A stretch of DNA of 64,000 nt from positions 38 through 64,037 of the forward strand of contig JBGSWJ010000523.1 of assembly GCA_041752495.1 (NCBI GenBank), written 5' to 3'. The translations under genes and the position numbers were made by a program. Positions 9,216-21,666 of the stretch are shown in pieces. The stretch is from Rhodobacterales bacterium. Its GTDB lineage: Bacteria > Pseudomonadota > Alphaproteobacteria > Rhodobacterales > Rhodobacteraceae. Below the pieces are notes generated by a model. The model was not told the origin of the DNA. It was given only the letters and a program-made list of their open reading frames with translations, and searched no databases. The stretch's first letter is position 1. Every line of letters starts with the position of its first letter.

Positions 9216-11852
9216 ATGGACGCGAGCGACGGCGCCACGCCGATGATGGCGCAGTATCTGGAGATCAAGGCGGCGCATCCGGATGCGCTGTTGTTCTACC
9301 GGATGGGCGATTTCTATGAGATGTTCTTTGATGATGCCGTCGCCGCGAGTGCGGCGCTTGATATTGCGCTGACCAAACGGGGCAAGCATCTGGGCGAGGA
9401 TATCCAGATGTGCGGCGTCCCGGTCCATGCGGCCGAGGGGTACCTTTTGACCTTGATCCGCAAGGGATTTCGGGTTGCGATTGCCGAGCAACTGGAAGAT
9501 CCGGCGGAGGCCAAAAAGCGGGGTTACAAGGCGGTTGTCCGGCGGGATGTGGTGCGGCTGGTCACGCCAGGGACATTGACCGAGGATTCGCTGCTGGATG
9601 CGCGTCGGCACAACTTTCTGGCGGCCTTTGCCGAGGTGCGCGAGGAGGGGGCGCTGGCATGGGTCGACATATCGACCGGGGCGTTTTCGGTGATGGTTTG
9701 CCCGTTGGCGCGGTTGGGGCCGGAACTGGCGAGGCTGGCACCGAAAGAGGTGCTGATCGCGGATGGCTTTGACCGGATTCATGGTGAAATAGTGTCTGAT
9801 TCTGGGGCTGCGCTGACCCCGCTCAGTCGCGTGGCTTTTGACAGCACCAATGGCGAACGGCGGCTGTGCGCGTTGTTCGGCGTCGCGTCGCTGGACGCAT
9901 TCGGAACGTTCGCGCGGGCCGAGATCAGCGCGATGGCGGCGGTGGCCGAGTATCTGGAGATCACGCAGAAGGGAAAGCTTCCGCTGTTGCGGCCGCCGGT
10001 GCAGGAGGGCGCGGGCGAGGCGATGCAGATCGACGGAACAACGCGGCGGTCGCTGGAATTGACCCACGCGATGGGGGGAGGACGGGCGGGTTCGCTGCTG
10101 CACGCCATTGACCGCACCGTGACGCCGGGTGGCGCGCGGTTGCTGGAGCGGCGGTTGTCATCGCCGTCCTGTGCGCTGCCGGTGATCCTGGGACGGCAGG
10201 CAGCTGTGGGCTGGATGATCGACGGTGCCGGTCTGGCGCGGGATTTGCGGGATCATCTGCGGGGGGCGCACGATCTGGACCGGGCGCTGTCACGGCTTGC
10301 GCTGGATCGCGGTGGACCGCGGGATATGGCGGCGGTCAGGAACACGATCGAGGTTGCGGGGCGGATTGCGCGGACGTTGCAGGCGGTCGAGCTGCCGGAA
10401 TTGTTGGCCGAAGCTGCGGCAGGGTTGGTAGGGCACGATGCGCTGCATGACCTGCTTGACCGGGCAATGGTGGCCGAGCCGCCGCTGCTGTCGCGGGACG
10501 GGGGTTTTGTCGCTGCGGGATATGAGCCGGAACTGGACGATGCGCGGCGGCTGCGCGATGAGGGGCGGTCTGTCATTGCCGGGTTGCAGGCGGAATATGC
10601 CGTGCAGACGGGCGTGCAGAGCCTGAAGATCAAGCACAACAATGTGCTGGGCTACTTCATCGAAACGACAGATACCCATGCGGCGCGGATGCTGGCACCG
10701 CCCCTTTCCGAAACGTTCATCCACCGACAGACGACCGCCAATCAGGTGCGGTTTACCACGGTCGAGTTGAGTGCACTTGAGACGCGGATCCTGAATGCCG
10801 GTGGGCATGCTCTTGAGATTGAAAAGCGGGTCTATGAAAGCCTGAGAGGCGCGATTGTGGATCAGGCCGGGCCGCTGGGCGTTCTGTCCCGGGCGCTGGC
10901 CGAGATTGATCTGGCGGCGGCGCTGGCCGACTTGGCGCGGGGTGAGAACTGGGTCCGTCCGGTAATTGATGCAAGCCGGGCGTTCCGGACCGAAGGGGGG
11001 CGGCATCCGGTGGTGGAACAGGCCCTGCGGCGCGAGGGCGTGCCGTTCGTGGCGAATGATTGCGACCTGACGGATACGCCGATCTGGCTGTTGACCGGGC
11101 CCAACATGGCGGGGAAATCGACGTTCCTGCGGCAGAACGCCTTGATCGCCGTACTGGCCCAGATGGGCGCCTATGTGCCGGCGGCGCGGGCCGAGATCGG
11201 GATCGTGAGCCAGATATTCAGCCGGGTCGGAGCCTCGGACGATCTGGCGCGGGGGCGGTCGACCTTTATGGTCGAGATGGTCGAAACGGCGGCGATCCTG
11301 AATCAGGCGGACGACCGGGCGCTGGTCATTCTGGACGAGATCGGGCGAGGGACGGCGACCTATGACGGGCTGTCGATTGCCTGGGCAACGCTGGAGCATC
11401 TGCAGGCGGTGAACCGGTGCCGCGCGATCTTTGCCACCCATTACCATGAGATGGCCGCTTTGGCGCATAAGCTGGACGGGGTCGACAATGCGACGGTCAC
11501 TGTCAAGGAATGGGATGGGGACGTCATCTTTCTGCACGAAGTGCGGAAAGGGACGGCTGATCGCAGTTACGGGGTGCAGGTCGCAAGGTTGGCGGGCCTG
11601 CCCGCGACGGTTGTCGAGCGGGCGCGGGTTGTGCTGGATGCACTGGAGAAGGGCGAGCGGGAAGGCGGCGGCAGACGGCAGGCGTTGATTGATGATCTGC
11701 CGTTGTTTGCCGCCGTGCAGCGGCCCGCGCCGGTTCCCGTCAGAGCGTCAGAGGTTGAGGCGCGGTTGCGGGATGTGTTGCCGGACGAGTTGACGCCCAA
11801 GGAAGCGCTTACATTGGTCTATGAGTTGAGGGCGCTTTTGCCAGACCGGTGA
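9216..11852 (+). CDS. mutS: DNA mismatch repair protein MutS
   Basis: 878 aa; N-terminal [11 protein letters not shown], Walker [17 protein letters not shown]. Confidence 0.97.
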   Translation: MDASDGATPMMAQYLEIKAAHPDALLFYRMGDFYEMFFDDAVAASAALDIALTKRGKHLGEDIQMCGVPVHAAEGYLLTLIRKGFRVAIAEQLEDPAEAKKRGYKAVVRRDVVRLVTPGTLTEDSLLDARRHNFLAAFAEVREEGALAWVDISTGAFSVMVCPLARLGPELARLAPKEVLIADGFDRIHGEIVSDSGAALTPLSRVAFDSTNGERRLCALFGVASLDAFGTFARAEISAMAAVAEYLEITQKGKLPLLRPPVQEGAGEAMQIDGTTRRSLELTHAMGGGRAGSLLHAIDRTVTPGGARLLERRLSSPSCALPVILGRQAAVGWMIDGAGLARDLRDHLRGAHDLDRALSRLALDRGGPRDMAAVRNTIEVAGRIARTLQAVELPELLAEAAAGLVGHDALHDLLDRAMVAEPPLLSRDGGFVAAGYEPELDDARRLRDEGRSVIAGLQAEYAVQTGVQSLKIKHNNVLGYFIETTDTHAARMLAPPLSETFIHRQTTANQVRFTTVELSALETRILNAGGHALEIEKRVYESLRGAIVDQAGPLGVLSRALAEIDLAAALADLARGENWVRPVIDASRAFRTEGGRHPVVEQALRREGVPFVANDCDLTDTPIWLLTGPNMAGKSTFLRQNALIAVLAQMGAYVPAARAEIGIVSQIFSRVGASDDLARGRSTFMVEMVETAAILNQADDRALVILDEIGRGTATYDGLSIAWATLEHLQAVNRCRAIFATHYHEMAALAHKLDGVDNATVTVKEWDGDVIFLHEVRKGTADRSYGVQVARLAGLPATVVERARVVLDALEKGEREGGGRRQALIDDLPLFAAVQRPAPVPVRASEVEARLRDVLPDELTPKEALTLVYELRALLPDR

Positions 11853-11856
11853 GAGA

Positions 11857-11873
11857 GGTGGGTTTCACCCACC
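11857..11873. terminator. Hairpin between convergent mutS and grpE (weak terminator candidate)
   Basis: GGTGGGT-TTC-ACCCACC perfect 7-bp stem. There is no clear U-tract on either strand. Confidence 0.3.
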
Positions 11874-11906
11874 CTACGTGTAGGGCAGGTGAGATCCCCG
11901 CGTCTG

Positions 11907-12461
11907 TCAGTTCGCAGGCATCGAGGACACGCCGACCTGGGCGGGGCGCAGGAGGCGGTCGTGAAGGAAGAATCCTTCGGTCATGACCTGGATGAGCTCG
12001 CCGGATTTGGTGCCGGGCACGGGGGCGTTGAACATGGCCTGATGAATGGCAGGGTCGAATTTGTCGCCGATCTGGGGCGAGATGGTCTTCATCCCGTGTT
12101 TGGCAAAGACCGAAGACAGTTCGTTGAGCGTCAGTTCGACGCCTTCAATCAGGGCGGCGGATACAGCGCGCTGATCGTCGCTGGCGCTGTCGAGCGCGCG
12201 GCGCAGGGCGTCGTAGACGGGCAGAAGATCGCGGGCGAGTTTGGAACCGCCGTAGTTTTCGGCCTCTTTCCGGTCGCGTTCGGCCCGCTTGCGGGTGTTT
12301 TCGTTATCAGCCAACGCGCGCATGAACCGGTCCTTGAAGTCGTCACGTTCGGCCCGGACGGCATCCAGCTCGGTCAGAAGCGCGAGGCCTTCGGCCTCCA
12401 TCGCGTCGGCTTCGGCGGCGAGTTCGTCAAGGGTTTGGGGTTCGGTGTTCTGGTCGGCCAA
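11907..12461 (-). CDS. grpE: Nucleotide exchange factor GrpE
   Basis: 184 aa; typical GrpE C-terminal region; lies downstream of hrcA. Confidence 0.95.
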   Translation of the reverse strand: MADQNTEPQTLDELAAEADAMEAEGLALLTELDAVRAERDDFKDRFMRALADNENTRKRAERDRKEAENYGGSKLARDLLPVYDALRRALDSASDDQRAVSAALIEGVELTLNELSSVFAKHGMKTISPQIGDKFDPAIHQAMFNAPVPGTKSGELIQVMTEGFFLHDRLLRPAQVGVSSMPAN

Positions 12462-12475
12462 GGGTCTTTATCCTG

Positions 12476-13543
12476 TCAGGTGCGGTCGGCAAGGAGCTTG
12501 CCGACCAGCTGGGCTGTGTAATCTACGATGGGAACGATCCGGCCATAGTTCAGACGGGTCGGTCCGATGACGCCAACGGCGCCAATGATCTTGCGGTCGG
12601 CGTTCATATAAGGAGAAACGACGAGACTGGAACCCGAAAGTGAGAAGAGTTTGTTTTCGGACCCGATGAAAATGCGCACGCCTTCGCCTTGCTGGGTGAG
12701 TTCAAGGAATTCGGCGATATCACGTTTGCGTTCCAGATCATCAAAGAGGGTGCGGATGCGGTCGAGGTCCGCCTCTCCATCTGGATCGTTGAGCAGGTTT
12801 CCGGCGCCGCGAACGATGAGCCGTTCGGTCGATTCGCCCTCACCGACCCAGGTCGCGAGGCCGCTTTCCACGAGATCGCGGGCGAGAACGTCGATTTCTT
12901 GCCGGCGTTTCTGGATTTCGAGCGCGACGGTGGTGTGAAGCTCTGCCAGCGTCCGGCCTTCGGCGAGAGCGTTCACGAAATTTGCTGCCTCACGCATTGA
13001 AGACGGCGTCTGGCCAAGCGGCGGGGTAAAGATGCGGTTTTCGACATGGCCGTCGGCAAAGACCAGAACGACGAGGGCGCGGTCCCGGGCGAGCGAGACG
13101 AATTCGATATGCTTGATCGGGGCGGATTCGTGTTTGGGTGTGAGGACAAGGCTTGCACCGCGCGTCACGCCCGAAAGGGCGGCGCCGATCCGGTCGAGCG
13201 TGGAGGCGACGTCGGAATCGTTGCCGCCAAGCGTTTCGTCGAGGCGTTGGCGATCCTCTCCTGCCACATCGCTGACCTCGAGCAGTCCGTCGACGAACAT
13301 GCGGAGGCCAAGTTGGGTCGGCACGCGTCCGGCGCTGATATGGGGGCTGCCGAGAAGGCCGAGATATTCGAGATCCTGCATCACATTTCGGATCGTGGCG
13401 GCGCTGACTTGTTCGGTCATTGTCCGCGTGAGGGTGCGGGAGCCGACGGGCGCGCCAGTTTCAAGATAGCCTTCGACGACGCGGCGAAATACTTCGCGCG
13501 AGCGGATGTTCATTTCCTCGATGAGTGGTGTCTTGTCGGGCAT
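12476..13543 (-). CDS. hrcA: Heat-inducible transcription repressor HrcA
   Basis: Start MPDKTPLIEEMNIRSREVF (ATG 13543); PVGSRTL motif. The track ORF has an upstream extension. Confidence 0.9.
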   Translation of the reverse strand: MPDKTPLIEEMNIRSREVFRRVVEGYLETGAPVGSRTLTRTMTEQVSAATIRNVMQDLEYLGLLGSPHISAGRVPTQLGLRMFVDGLLEVSDVAGEDRQRLDETLGGNDSDVASTLDRIGAALSGVTRGASLVLTPKHESAPIKHIEFVSLARDRALVVLVFADGHVENRIFTPPLGQTPSSMREAANFVNALAEGRTLAELHTTVALEIQKRRQEIDVLARDLVESGLATWVGEGESTERLIVRGAGNLLNDPDGEADLDRIRTLFDDLERKRDIAEFLELTQQGEGVRIFIGSENKLFSLSGSSLVVSPYMNADRKIIGAVGVIGPTRLNYGRIVPIVDYTAQLVGKLLADRT

Positions 13544-13570
13544 GACGGGGTCCAACAGAGGGGGCGGGGT

Positions 13571-13599
13571 ATATAAGGACATTGGTTGGAGAACGTCAA
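13571..13599 (-). promoter_or_regulatory. Putative promoter of hrcA-grpE
   Basis: Minus strand reads TTGACG-N17-TTATAT, with the -10 element 28 nt upstream of the hrcA ATG. Confidence 0.35.
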
Positions 13600-13672
13600 C
13601 CGGGGCGGATTCCGGGTTGGAAAACCGGGCGGTCCGGCGTAGATGCGGCCCATTCAGGATAAGGACAGACCG

Positions 13673-14380
13673 ATGCGACCCTCTGGCAGACAGATTGACC
13701 AAATGCGCCCTGTGACGATTGAAACCGGGGTGAGCCGTCATGCGGAAGGGTCTTGCCTGATCCGTGTCGGGGATACGCATGTGCTGTGCACTGCATCGAT
13801 TGACGAACGTGTGCCGCCGTTCATGAAGAACACCGGCTTGGGCTGGGTGACGGCGGAATACGGGATGCTGCCGCGCGCCACGAATACACGGATGAAGCGC
13901 GAGGCCAAGGATGGCCAGTCAGGACGGACGCAGGAGATTCAGCGGCTGATCGGGCGGTCGCTTCGGGCCGGGGTGGATCGCGTGGCTTTGGGCGAACGGC
14001 AGATCGTGGTCGATTGCGACGTGATCCAGGCGGACGGGGGCACGCGCTGTGCGTCGATCACTGGCGGATGGGTGGCGCTGAAGCTGGCCGTGCGGAAGCT
14101 GATGAAGGCGGGGATCGTGATTTCCGATCCTCTGGTTGACCCTGTGGCGGCGGTGAGTTGCGGGATCTATGCCGGTCAGCCGGTTCTTGATCTGGACTAT
14201 CCGGAGGACAGCGAGGCCGGGGTTGATGGCAACTTTGTCATGACCGGGGGGCGGCTGATTGAAGTGCAGATGTCGGCCGAGGGCGCGACTTTTACCCGCG
14301 ATCAGATGGGCGCGCTGCTGGATCTGGCCGAGAAGGGGACGCGGCAGTTGGCGGCGGCGCAGATGGCGGCGCTGGGATGA
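13673..14380 (+). CDS. rph: Ribonuclease PH
   Basis: [14 protein letters not shown].. start with AAGGAC Shine-Dalgarno. Typical RNase PH sequence along the full length. Confidence 0.93.
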   Translation: MRPSGRQIDQMRPVTIETGVSRHAEGSCLIRVGDTHVLCTASIDERVPPFMKNTGLGWVTAEYGMLPRATNTRMKREAKDGQSGRTQEIQRLIGRSLRAGVDRVALGERQIVVDCDVIQADGGTRCASITGGWVALKLAVRKLMKAGIVISDPLVDPVAAVSCGIYAGQPVLDLDYPEDSEAGVDGNFVMTGGRLIEVQMSAEGATFTRDQMGALLDLAEKGTRQLAAAQMAALG

Positions 14381-14985
14381 GGCGTTTCACGGGCGACATG
14401 CTGCTGGTGGCGACACATAACAGGGGGAAGCTGGAAGAGATTGCGGCTCTGCTTGCGCCTTTCGGGATCAGCCTGTCATCCAATTCCGATTTCGGGTTGC
14501 CCGAGCCGGAGGAGACCGAGACGACCTTTGTTGGCAATGCGCGGATCAAGGCGCATGCGGCGGCAAGGGCCACGGGACTTGCGGCGCTGGCGGACGATTC
14601 AGGGCTTGAGATTGCAGCGCTTGGCGGGGCGCCGGGCGTTTATACAGCTGACTGGGCGGAAACGGGGGCGGGGCGCGATTTCAACGTCGCGATGCGGCGG
14701 GCTTATGATGCGATCAAGGCATCGGGCAATGCCGAGCCTTGGGACGCGCGGTTTTGTTGCACGCTGGTGCTGGCATGGCCAGATGGGCATGACGAGGTTT
14801 TTGAGGGCCATGCCGCAGGACGCATTGTCTGGCCGGGGCGCGGTGCGCTTGGGCATGGCTATGATCCGATCTTTCAGCCCGAAGGCCACGCTGTGACCTT
14901 TGGCGAGATGGACCGTTGGGAGAAGAACCAGATGAGTCATCGGGCCGATGCGTTCCGCAAGCTTGTGGCGGGCTGCTTTGCCTGA
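14377..14985 (+). CDS. rdgB: Non-canonical purine NTP pyrophosphatase (RdgB/HAM1)
   Basis: 202 aa; [14 protein letters not shown]..; 4-nt overlap with the rph stop. Confidence 0.9.
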   Translation: MRRFTGDMLLVATHNRGKLEEIAALLAPFGISLSSNSDFGLPEPEETETTFVGNARIKAHAAARATGLAALADDSGLEIAALGGAPGVYTADWAETGAGRDFNVAMRRAYDAIKASGNAEPWDARFCCTLVLAWPDGHDEVFEGHAAGRIVWPGRGALGHGYDPIFQPEGHAVTFGEMDRWEKNQMSHRADAFRKLVAGCFA

Positions 14986-16132
14986 AGATTGGGAGGCGGG
15001 GGGTTTCGGGCTTTATATCCACTGGCCATTTTGCATGGCGAAATGCCCCTATTGTGATTTCAACAGCCATGTGGCCGCCCGGATCGACCAGAACCGCTGG
15101 GCCCGCGCCTATCTGAGCGAGATCGATCGGGTTGGGGCGCTGACGCGGGGTCGGGTTCTGCGGTCGGTGTTTTTCGGTGGGGGAACGCCGAGCCTGATGG
15201 ATCCTGACGTTGTGGACGCTGTTCTGACGCGGGTCAGGGCGACCTGGCCGATGGCGAATGACATCGAGATCACGCTTGAGGCGAATCCGACATCCGTCGA
15301 TGCGGGGCGGTTCAAGGGCTATGCCGATGCAGGTGTTAACCGGGTGTCCATGGGGATTCAGGCCCTGAATGACACAGATCTTCGGGCGCTGGGACGGCTT
15401 CATTCGGCGGGAGAGGCCCGGGCGGCGTTTGATATTGCGCGGTCGGTTTTCGCGCGGGTGAGCTTTGACCTGATTTATGCCCGGCAGGATCAGACGGTGG
15501 AGTCGTGGAAGACCGAGTTGCGGGAAGCCCTGGCGATGGCGATTGACCACCTGTCGCTGTATCAGCTGACCGTCGAAGAGGGTACGGCGTTTGGTGACCG
15601 CTACAAGGCCGGAAAACTGCGCGGGCTTCCGGATGAGGACAGGGCGGCTGATCTTTATGCCGTGACGCAAGAGATTGCGGGCGAGGCGGGGCTGATGGCT
15701 TATGAAGTCTCTAACCATGCGAAGCAGGGTCTGGAGAGCCGCCATAACCTGATCTACTGGCGCTATGGCGACTATGCCGGGATCGGGCCGGGCGCGCATG
15801 GGCGTCTGACGTTGGACGGTGTGCGGCATGCGACGGAGACGGATCGTATGCCGGGGGTCTGGCTGGAGAAGGTGGAGCGGGTTGGCAATGGGGATAGTCT
15901 GGTCGCACCTTTGACTATTGATGATCAGCGGGCCGAATTTCTGATGATGGGTTTGCGCCTGAGCGAAGGCGTGGATCAGGCGCGTCTTGCTGCCTTTGGA
16001 GATGACGATTTATCTCATAATATCAATGGATTGGTCGATATCGGAATGATCGGGACGGATGCCGGTCGTCTGCGAGTGACCGAAGCTGGCCGTCCCGTTC
16101 TGAACGCGGTTCTGCGTGGGCTTTTGAGTTGA
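14948..16132 (+). CDS. hemW: Radical SAM heme chaperone HemW (HemN-like)
   Basis: CPYCDFNS radical-SAM cysteine motif. The true start may be the TTG at 14978. Confidence 0.88.
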   Translation: MRSASLWRAALPEDWEAGGFGLYIHWPFCMAKCPYCDFNSHVAARIDQNRWARAYLSEIDRVGALTRGRVLRSVFFGGGTPSLMDPDVVDAVLTRVRATWPMANDIEITLEANPTSVDAGRFKGYADAGVNRVSMGIQALNDTDLRALGRLHSAGEARAAFDIARSVFARVSFDLIYARQDQTVESWKTELREALAMAIDHLSLYQLTVEEGTAFGDRYKAGKLRGLPDEDRAADLYAVTQEIAGEAGLMAYEVSNHAKQGLESRHNLIYWRYGDYAGIGPGAHGRLTLDGVRHATETDRMPGVWLEKVERVGNGDSLVAPLTIDDQRAEFLMMGLRLSEGVDQARLAAFGDDDLSHNINGLVDIGMIGTDAGRLRVTEAGRPVLNAVLRGLLS

Positions 16133-16153
16133 GGCAAGCGGCGGCGGACGGGG

Positions 16154-17059
16154 TCAGCCGCCGGACAGGACGCGCAACAGATCGTCAAGCTGGGCGAGTG
16201 ACCGGTAGCGCAGCGTGAGTCTCCCGCCTTCTTCGCCAGGGGTGTGGTCGATAGTGACGCCCATGCCGAGTGTCGAGGAAAGCTCCTGTTCGATCTGAAG
16301 CGTATCGGCATCCTTGTCGGCTGTGCCCGACTTGCGTGGCCTTCTTGTAGCCGGGGACGCCCCGGGTTCGCGCGCGAGACGTTCAGCCTCGCGCACCGAA
16401 AGCTTGCCCGAGATGATCTGCCGGGCCAGCTCGGAACACCGGGGGTGCCCGATAAGCGCGCGGGCGTGGCCGGCCGAGATGGCGCCGCTCGTGATGTAGT
16501 GCTGAACATCGTCGGGAAGAGACAGAAGCCGCATCTGGTTGGCGATGTGGCTGCGGCTTTTGCCAAGGGCTGTGGCGAGTTGATCCTGGGTATGTCCGAA
16601 GCGTTCCATCAGTTGGCGGAAGGCGGCGGCCTCGTCCATCGCGTTCAGGTCGGCGCGCTGGATGTTTTCGATAATTGCGACTTCGAGTACTTCGGTATCC
16701 GTGTAGTTCCGGACGATGACGGGGACGTCATGCAGTTGCGCCATCTGGGCGGCGCGCCAGCGGCGTTCGCCCGCCACGATTTCGTAGCGGCCCTGTGTGC
16801 TGACGTCGGGGCGGACGATCAGGGGCTGAATGACGCCCTTCTCGCGGATGGAGGCGGCGAGTTCAGCAAGGTCATCGGGGTTAAAGGTGCGCCGGGGCTG
16901 ATTGGGATTGGGCTGAAGCGATTCGACCGGTACCTTGAGGTCGGGCCGGCGGGGGCGTTCGGCGTCAGGTTCGCTCACAACGTCTGCCATGAGCGCGGAA
17001 AGGCCCCGGCCCAGACCACGGTTGCGGGATGATTTGTCGGCCATGCCGTCCTCCGTCAT
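16154..17059 (-). CDS. parB: Chromosome partitioning protein ParB
   Basis: 301 aa; GLGRGLSALM N-terminus and ParB box II region. Confidence 0.95.
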   Translation of the reverse strand: MTEDGMADKSSRNRGLGRGLSALMADVVSEPDAERPRRPDLKVPVESLQPNPNQPRRTFNPDDLAELAASIREKGVIQPLIVRPDVSTQGRYEIVAGERRWRAAQMAQLHDVPVIVRNYTDTEVLEVAIIENIQRADLNAMDEAAAFRQLMERFGHTQDQLATALGKSRSHIANQMRLLSLPDDVQHYITSGAISAGHARALIGHPRCSELARQIISGKLSVREAERLAREPGASPATRRPRKSGTADKDADTLQIEQELSSTLGMGVTIDHTPGEEGGRLTLRYRSLAQLDDLLRVLSGG

Positions 17060-17061
17060 GT

Positions 17062-17859
17062 TCAGCGTTCGCGGGCAACAAGTTCCGCGGCGAGCGCGCG
17101 GTAGGCTTCACTTCCCGTCGAGTTCGGATCGTATTCTAGTACAGACATCGCGTAAGACGGCGCCTCAGACAGGCGGACGTTGCGGGGGATGACCGTCTTG
17201 AACACGAGATCCCCGAGGTTCTGGCGGGCGTCGCTTTCTACCTGTTGGGACAGGTTGTTGCGTTTGTCGTACATGGTGAGGGCGACGCCTTCGATCCTGA
17301 GGCGGGGATTGGCGGTTTGGCGGACCTCGCGCAGGGTGAGCATGAGTTGTGAGAGGCCTTCGAGGGCGAAGAATTCACTTTGCAGGGGGACGATGACCGA
17401 ATCGGCGGCGACCATAGCGTTAACTGTCAATATATTGAGAGACGGCGGGCAGTCGATCAATATGTAGTCAAAACCGAGGGGCTCCATCGCGGCCTGGCGG
17501 AGAGCATCATGAAGCAGAAAGCTGCGGCGTTCATTGTCGATGAGCTCAATATCGGCGGAGCTGAGGTCTGTTGTGGCGGCGATTATCGACAGGTTGGGAA
17601 CCGACGTGGCCTGGATGGCCTCAGCAGGGGTCGCGTCGCCGAGGATGAGATCATAGGCAGTCACCGCACGCCGGGTCGCCGTGACACCCAGTCCGGTGGA
17701 GGCGTTTCCCTGGGGATCGAGGTCCACAAGGAGGACGCGGCGCGAGGTGCCTGCAATCGCGGCTCCCAGATTTATGGCCGTCGTCGTTTTGCCGACGCCG
17801 CCTTTCTGGTTGGCGATGGCGATGATCTTGGGTCGGCGCAGATGCAGGATGTCAGACAT
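17062..17859 (-). CDS. parA: Chromosome partitioning ATPase ParA
   Basis: 265 aa; deviant Walker A NQKGGVGKTT. Confidence 0.95.
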   Translation of the reverse strand: MSDILHLRRPKIIAIANQKGGVGKTTTAINLGAAIAGTSRRVLLVDLDPQGNASTGLGVTATRRAVTAYDLILGDATPAEAIQATSVPNLSIIAATTDLSSADIELIDNERRSFLLHDALRQAAMEPLGFDYILIDCPPSLNILTVNAMVAADSVIVPLQSEFFALEGLSQLMLTLREVRQTANPRLRIEGVALTMYDKRNNLSQQVESDARQNLGDLVFKTVIPRNVRLSEAPSYAMSVLEYDPNSTGSEAYRALAAELVARER

Positions 17860-18478
17860 GGGTGATGTTCTTTATCGTGAGGATCTGCGCCTCTGGGTCG
17901 GTTCGGCTGGGATGGGAATCGATCTCGAAATGCCAGGCGGCCTGGGCGGCCAGAATCTCTTCATCGGCTTTGCGACCTTTGGGGAAGATCGCCTGACCGC
18001 TTGGTGCGAGATGCCGGCGCGCAATCGGCAAGAGGTCTGACAAGGAACCGAGGGCGCGGGCTGAGAGGACATTGGCGGCGAGCGGCGGAATGGATTCGAC
18101 GCGGCTTGCAACAACAGTTGCCTGGACCGACAGTTCGCGGATGGCAGTTCGCAGAAAGGCCGACTTTCTCTGATCGCTCTCGATCAGGGTGACATGGCCC
18201 GTCGGATGACGTTCGGTGGCAATGATCGCAATGACGATGCCCGGGAAACCGCCGCCGCTACCTATATCGGCCCAGGTTTGCCAGCCTTCGGGGGCAAGGT
18301 CGTAAAGTTGTGCGGAATCAATGATGTGCCTGTCCCAGATCTCGGCGATTGAAGATCTCGAGACAAGGTTGATGCTGGATGTCCACCTGGTCACGAGATC
18401 GGCGAAGGCCTGAAGCTTGGCCTCTGTTTCACGTGAAACATCGATCCCGGCGGAAGATCTGGAAGTAATGCCCATCAT
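17852..18478 (-). CDS. rsmG: 16S rRNA m7G527 methyltransferase RsmG (GidB)
   Basis: 208 aa; [13 protein letters not shown] motif; sits in gidA-gidB-parAB synteny. Confidence 0.93.
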   Translation of the reverse strand: MMGITSRSSAGIDVSRETEAKLQAFADLVTRWTSSINLVSRSSIAEIWDRHIIDSAQLYDLAPEGWQTWADIGSGGGFPGIVIAIIATERHPTGHVTLIESDQRKSAFLRTAIRELSVQATVVASRVESIPPLAANVLSARALGSLSDLLPIARRHLAPSGQAIFPKGRKADEEILAAQAAWHFEIDSHPSRTDPEAQILTIKNITHV

Positions 18479-20352
18479 GCCGACGCTGCTACGGAGCCAT
18501 GTTTCAGGCGTGCGGCGATGAGCATGAGGGCTGCAGGCGTCATTCCGTCAATACGGCTGGCCTGGGCAATGCTTCCTGGCCGGGTCCGTTCAAGTTTCAG
18601 TTTCAACTCTGTCGAAAGGCTGGGGATGTCAGCGAAGGACATGTCTGCAGGGATGACGAGTTGATCGTCCCGCTCCATTGCGGCGATATCGCGCGACTGG
18701 CGGTCGACATAATGCATATAGAGCGCGTCACGCTTGAGCTGTTCCCGGATCGGCACGGGAACTTCGGCGAGGGACGGGTCAAGGGACACGAGGTCTTCGA
18801 ACTCGGCGTCGACAAGTGACAGCATCTCCATCCCGTTCCGGCTTTCCTTGTCCGGATTCAACTGGATACCGAGATCCGAGATGGCGCGGGCGGTAAATGA
18901 CTTTTCTTCGAGCGCGCTGCGGGTGCCTTGCAGCTGTTCGGCCTTCGCGCTGTAAGCCGTCCAGCGCTCATCCCCGACGCAACCTGAATTCCGGCCGAGC
19001 GTCGTCAGCCGCTGATCGGCATTGTCAGCGCGGAGGGTCAGGCGGAATTCGGCGCGGGAGGTGAACATGCGATAAGGTTCAGTCACGCCTCGGGTCACCA
19101 GGTCGTCGATCATCACGCCGATGTATGAGGACGCGCGCCCGAAATGTACCGGCTCCTCGCCCTTGGCAAACCGGGACGCGTTCAGGCCGGCGACAAGACC
19201 CTGTGCAGCGGCCTCCTCGTAACCGGTGGTGCCGTTGATCTGACCGGCCAGGTAGAGGCCCGGCACATCGCGCACAGAGAGCGCATTGTCGAGCGCCCGC
19301 GGGTCCACATAGTCGTATTCAATCGCATAGCCGGGCTGAGTGATCACGACATTCTCTAACCCTTTGATCGAACGCACATAATCGTGCTGTACATCCTCAG
19401 GGAGAGAGGTGGAGATGCCGTTCGGATAGATCGTCGGGTCTTCGAGTCCCTCCGGCTCCAGGAAGACCTGATGCGACATCTTGTCGGCGAAACGGACAAC
19501 CTTGTCTTCAATCGATGGACAGTAGCGCGGCCCGATTCCTTCGATATGTCCGCCGTACATGGCGCTTCGGCCCAGATTTTCGCGGATGATCGCGTGGGTG
19601 CGTTCATTCGTATGCGTTATGCCGCATGAAACCTGACGGGCCGCCGGGGCCTTGGACATGAACGAAAACAGCGCAGGTTCGTCGTCACCCGGCTGTGATT
19701 CAAGGCCGGACCAGTCAATCGTCCTGCCATCAAGGCGGGGCGGGGTGCCGGTCTTGAGCCGCCCAAGAGGCAGACCGAAGGAATCGATCCGTTCAGCCAT
19801 TCGGACGGACGGCTTCTCTCCCATACGGCCGCCGGGGCGGGACTTGTCGCCGATGTGAATGACCCCACGCAGGAACGTGCCGGTGGTGAGAACGACAGCG
19901 CGACCGGAAATCCGGCTTCCGTCTTCGAGGACGATGCCGGTGACGCGGCCGGACTCGACGATCAGATCGACCGCTTCACCAGGAACAAGGGTGAGGTTCC
20001 GGCGCGCGGCGATCTCGGATTGCATCGCCGCACGATAGAGCGCGCGGTCTGCCTGAGCGCGCGGCCCCTGGACCGCAGGCCCTTTGCGGCGATTGAGAAG
20101 GCGGAACTGTATCCCCGCCTTGTCTGCAACGCGCCCCATCAGGCCATCCAATGCATCGATCTCTCGCACAAGGTGGCCCTTGCCGAGGCCTCCGATGGCT
20201 GGATTGCATGACATGACGCCAACCGAAGCGGCCGACAGCGTCACGAGGCAGGTTTCCGCACCGGTTCGGGCGGCGACATGCGCCGCTTCACAGCCCGCAT
20301 GGCCTGCGCCGATGACGATCACGTCAAAGTTCTGATGTTTCACGTGAAACAC
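18475..20352 (-). CDS. mnmG: tRNA uridine-5-carboxymethylaminomethyl synthesis enzyme MnmG (GidA)
   Basis: 625 aa; [19 protein letters not shown] motif. Confidence 0.97.
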   Translation of the reverse strand: MFHVKHQNFDVIVIGAGHAGCEAAHVAARTGAETCLVTLSAASVGVMSCNPAIGGLGKGHLVREIDALDGLMGRVADKAGIQFRLLNRRKGPAVQGPRAQADRALYRAAMQSEIAARRNLTLVPGEAVDLIVESGRVTGIVLEDGSRISGRAVVLTTGTFLRGVIHIGDKSRPGGRMGEKPSVRMAERIDSFGLPLGRLKTGTPPRLDGRTIDWSGLESQPGDDEPALFSFMSKAPAARQVSCGITHTNERTHAIIRENLGRSAMYGGHIEGIGPRYCPSIEDKVVRFADKMSHQVFLEPEGLEDPTIYPNGISTSLPEDVQHDYVRSIKGLENVVITQPGYAIEYDYVDPRALDNALSVRDVPGLYLAGQINGTTGYEEAAAQGLVAGLNASRFAKGEEPVHFGRASSYIGVMIDDLVTRGVTEPYRMFTSRAEFRLTLRADNADQRLTTLGRNSGCVGDERWTAYSAKAEQLQGTRSALEEKSFTARAISDLGIQLNPDKESRNGMEMLSLVDAEFEDLVSLDPSLAEVPVPIREQLKRDALYMHYVDRQSRDIAAMERDDQLVIPADMSFADIPSLSTELKLKLERTRPGSIAQASRIDGMTPAALMLIAARLKHGSVAASA

Positions 20353-20355
20353 TCC

Positions 20356-21636
20356 TCACTTGCCAATGCAGAACCGGGCAAAGATCTCGCCCAGGACATC
20401 CTCAACATTAAACCGGCCCACCACAGTATCAATCGCGCGAATCGCAAGATTAACCTCTTCGGCAACAATCTCGGTCTGCTGGAGAATCCCCGGCATGAGC
20501 GCAATCGCACGTTCCAGATGGGTTACCGCACGCATCATCGCAAGTCGATGCCTTTCCCGCATGGCAACACCAACCGTAGAGGTCCGGTCCAGCAGGATCC
20601 GGTGGATCACCACAAGCAGATCATCGATCCCCGCGCCAGTCCGGCCAGAAACCGACGGACGATCCGATGGCAGGAGATCGCCTTTGGCCTGAAGCACGAT
20701 GTCGCCCTCAAGATAGCCATCAGCAGGAAACTGATCCGACTCGAGAAGCCAGATCCGCAGGTCGGCCATGGCTGCCCGGTCACGTCCCCGTTCGATTCCG
20801 ATCCGCTCGACCTCGTCCTCCGCGTCGCGCAAACCGGCGGTATCAAGAAGCGTCACGGGCAGGCCGCCAATATCCAGCCGAACCTCGATCACGTCGCGGG
20901 TTGTGCCGGGGTATTCCGAAGTGATAGCTGCCTCTCTCCCAGCCAAGGCATTGAGAAGTGTGGACTTTCCGACGTTCGGCGCACCAAGGATCGCGATCTC
21001 AAACCCATCGCGGATCCGTTCTGCGACCTTGACGCCAGCTGATTCCTTTCGCAGCTCATCGCAAATCTGGTGCAGGCCAGCCAGAACCTCGGGACCCACA
21101 TTGACGGGCACATCCTCGTCCGCAAAATCGATGGTCGCCGCGATAAGCGCAGCAACGCGGAGAAGTTGCGCCCGCCATTGTTCGGCCTTGCGCCCCAGTG
21201 CTCCCGAAAAGACGCGCATCGCCTGCTTGCGCTGAACCTCGGTCTCGGCTTCGATCAGATCGGCCAAACCTTCGACCTGCGCGAGGTCCAGCCGCCCATT
21301 CTCGAGCGCGCGACGGGTGAACTCGCCGGCATGCGCGGGCCGCAACCCGGGTTGCAGGCCAAGGAACCGCTGCACGGCAACGATGACCGCAGGACTGCCG
21401 TGGACATGAAACTCGACAACTGCCTCGCCGGTAAAGCTTTGCCCTTCAGCGAATGTCAGAACCAGCGCCTGATCTACGACCTCGCCATCGACGGTCAATC
21501 GCCTGAGGCTGCGGCCATGATACGGCAGTGGCCCTGCCAAAGCTTCAGCCGCCACCATGGCACCGGGCCCTGAAACCCGGATGACGGAAACACCGGCGCG
21601 ACCTGCCGCCGAGGCAAGGGCAAAGATCGTATCCAT
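20356..21636 (-). CDS. mnmE: tRNA modification GTPase MnmE (TrmE)
   Basis: 426 aa; [13 protein letters not shown]1 motif; C-terminal CIGK. Confidence 0.95.
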   Translation of the reverse strand: MDTIFALASAAGRAGVSVIRVSGPGAMVAAEALAGPLPYHGRSLRRLTVDGEVVDQALVLTFAEGQSFTGEAVVEFHVHGSPAVIVAVQRFLGLQPGLRPAHAGEFTRRALENGRLDLAQVEGLADLIEAETEVQRKQAMRVFSGALGRKAEQWRAQLLRVAALIAATIDFADEDVPVNVGPEVLAGLHQICDELRKESAGVKVAERIRDGFEIAILGAPNVGKSTLLNALAGREAAITSEYPGTTRDVIEVRLDIGGLPVTLLDTAGLRDAEDEVERIGIERGRDRAAMADLRIWLLESDQFPADGYLEGDIVLQAKGDLLPSDRPSVSGRTGAGIDDLLVVIHRILLDRTSTVGVAMRERHRLAMMRAVTHLERAIALMPGILQQTEIVAEEVNLAIRAIDTVVGRFNVEDVLGEIFARFCIGK

Positions 21637-21666
21637 TGGGTCAAGCCGTTACAAAGACTGACTTAT

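Noticed and set aside
9039..11537. Long minus-strand ORFs (9039-10103, 354 aa; 10290-11537, 415 aa) antisense to mutS
   Set aside because: Arg/Pro/Gln-rich low-complexity translations typical of shadow ORFs in high-GC DNA. They overlap a clearly genuine mutS.
13544..13672. Looked for a CIRCE operator (TTAGCACTC-N9-GAGTGCTAA) upstream of hrcA
   Set aside because: There is no match in the hrcA-rph intergenic region. In Alphaproteobacteria CIRCE usually sits at groESL instead.
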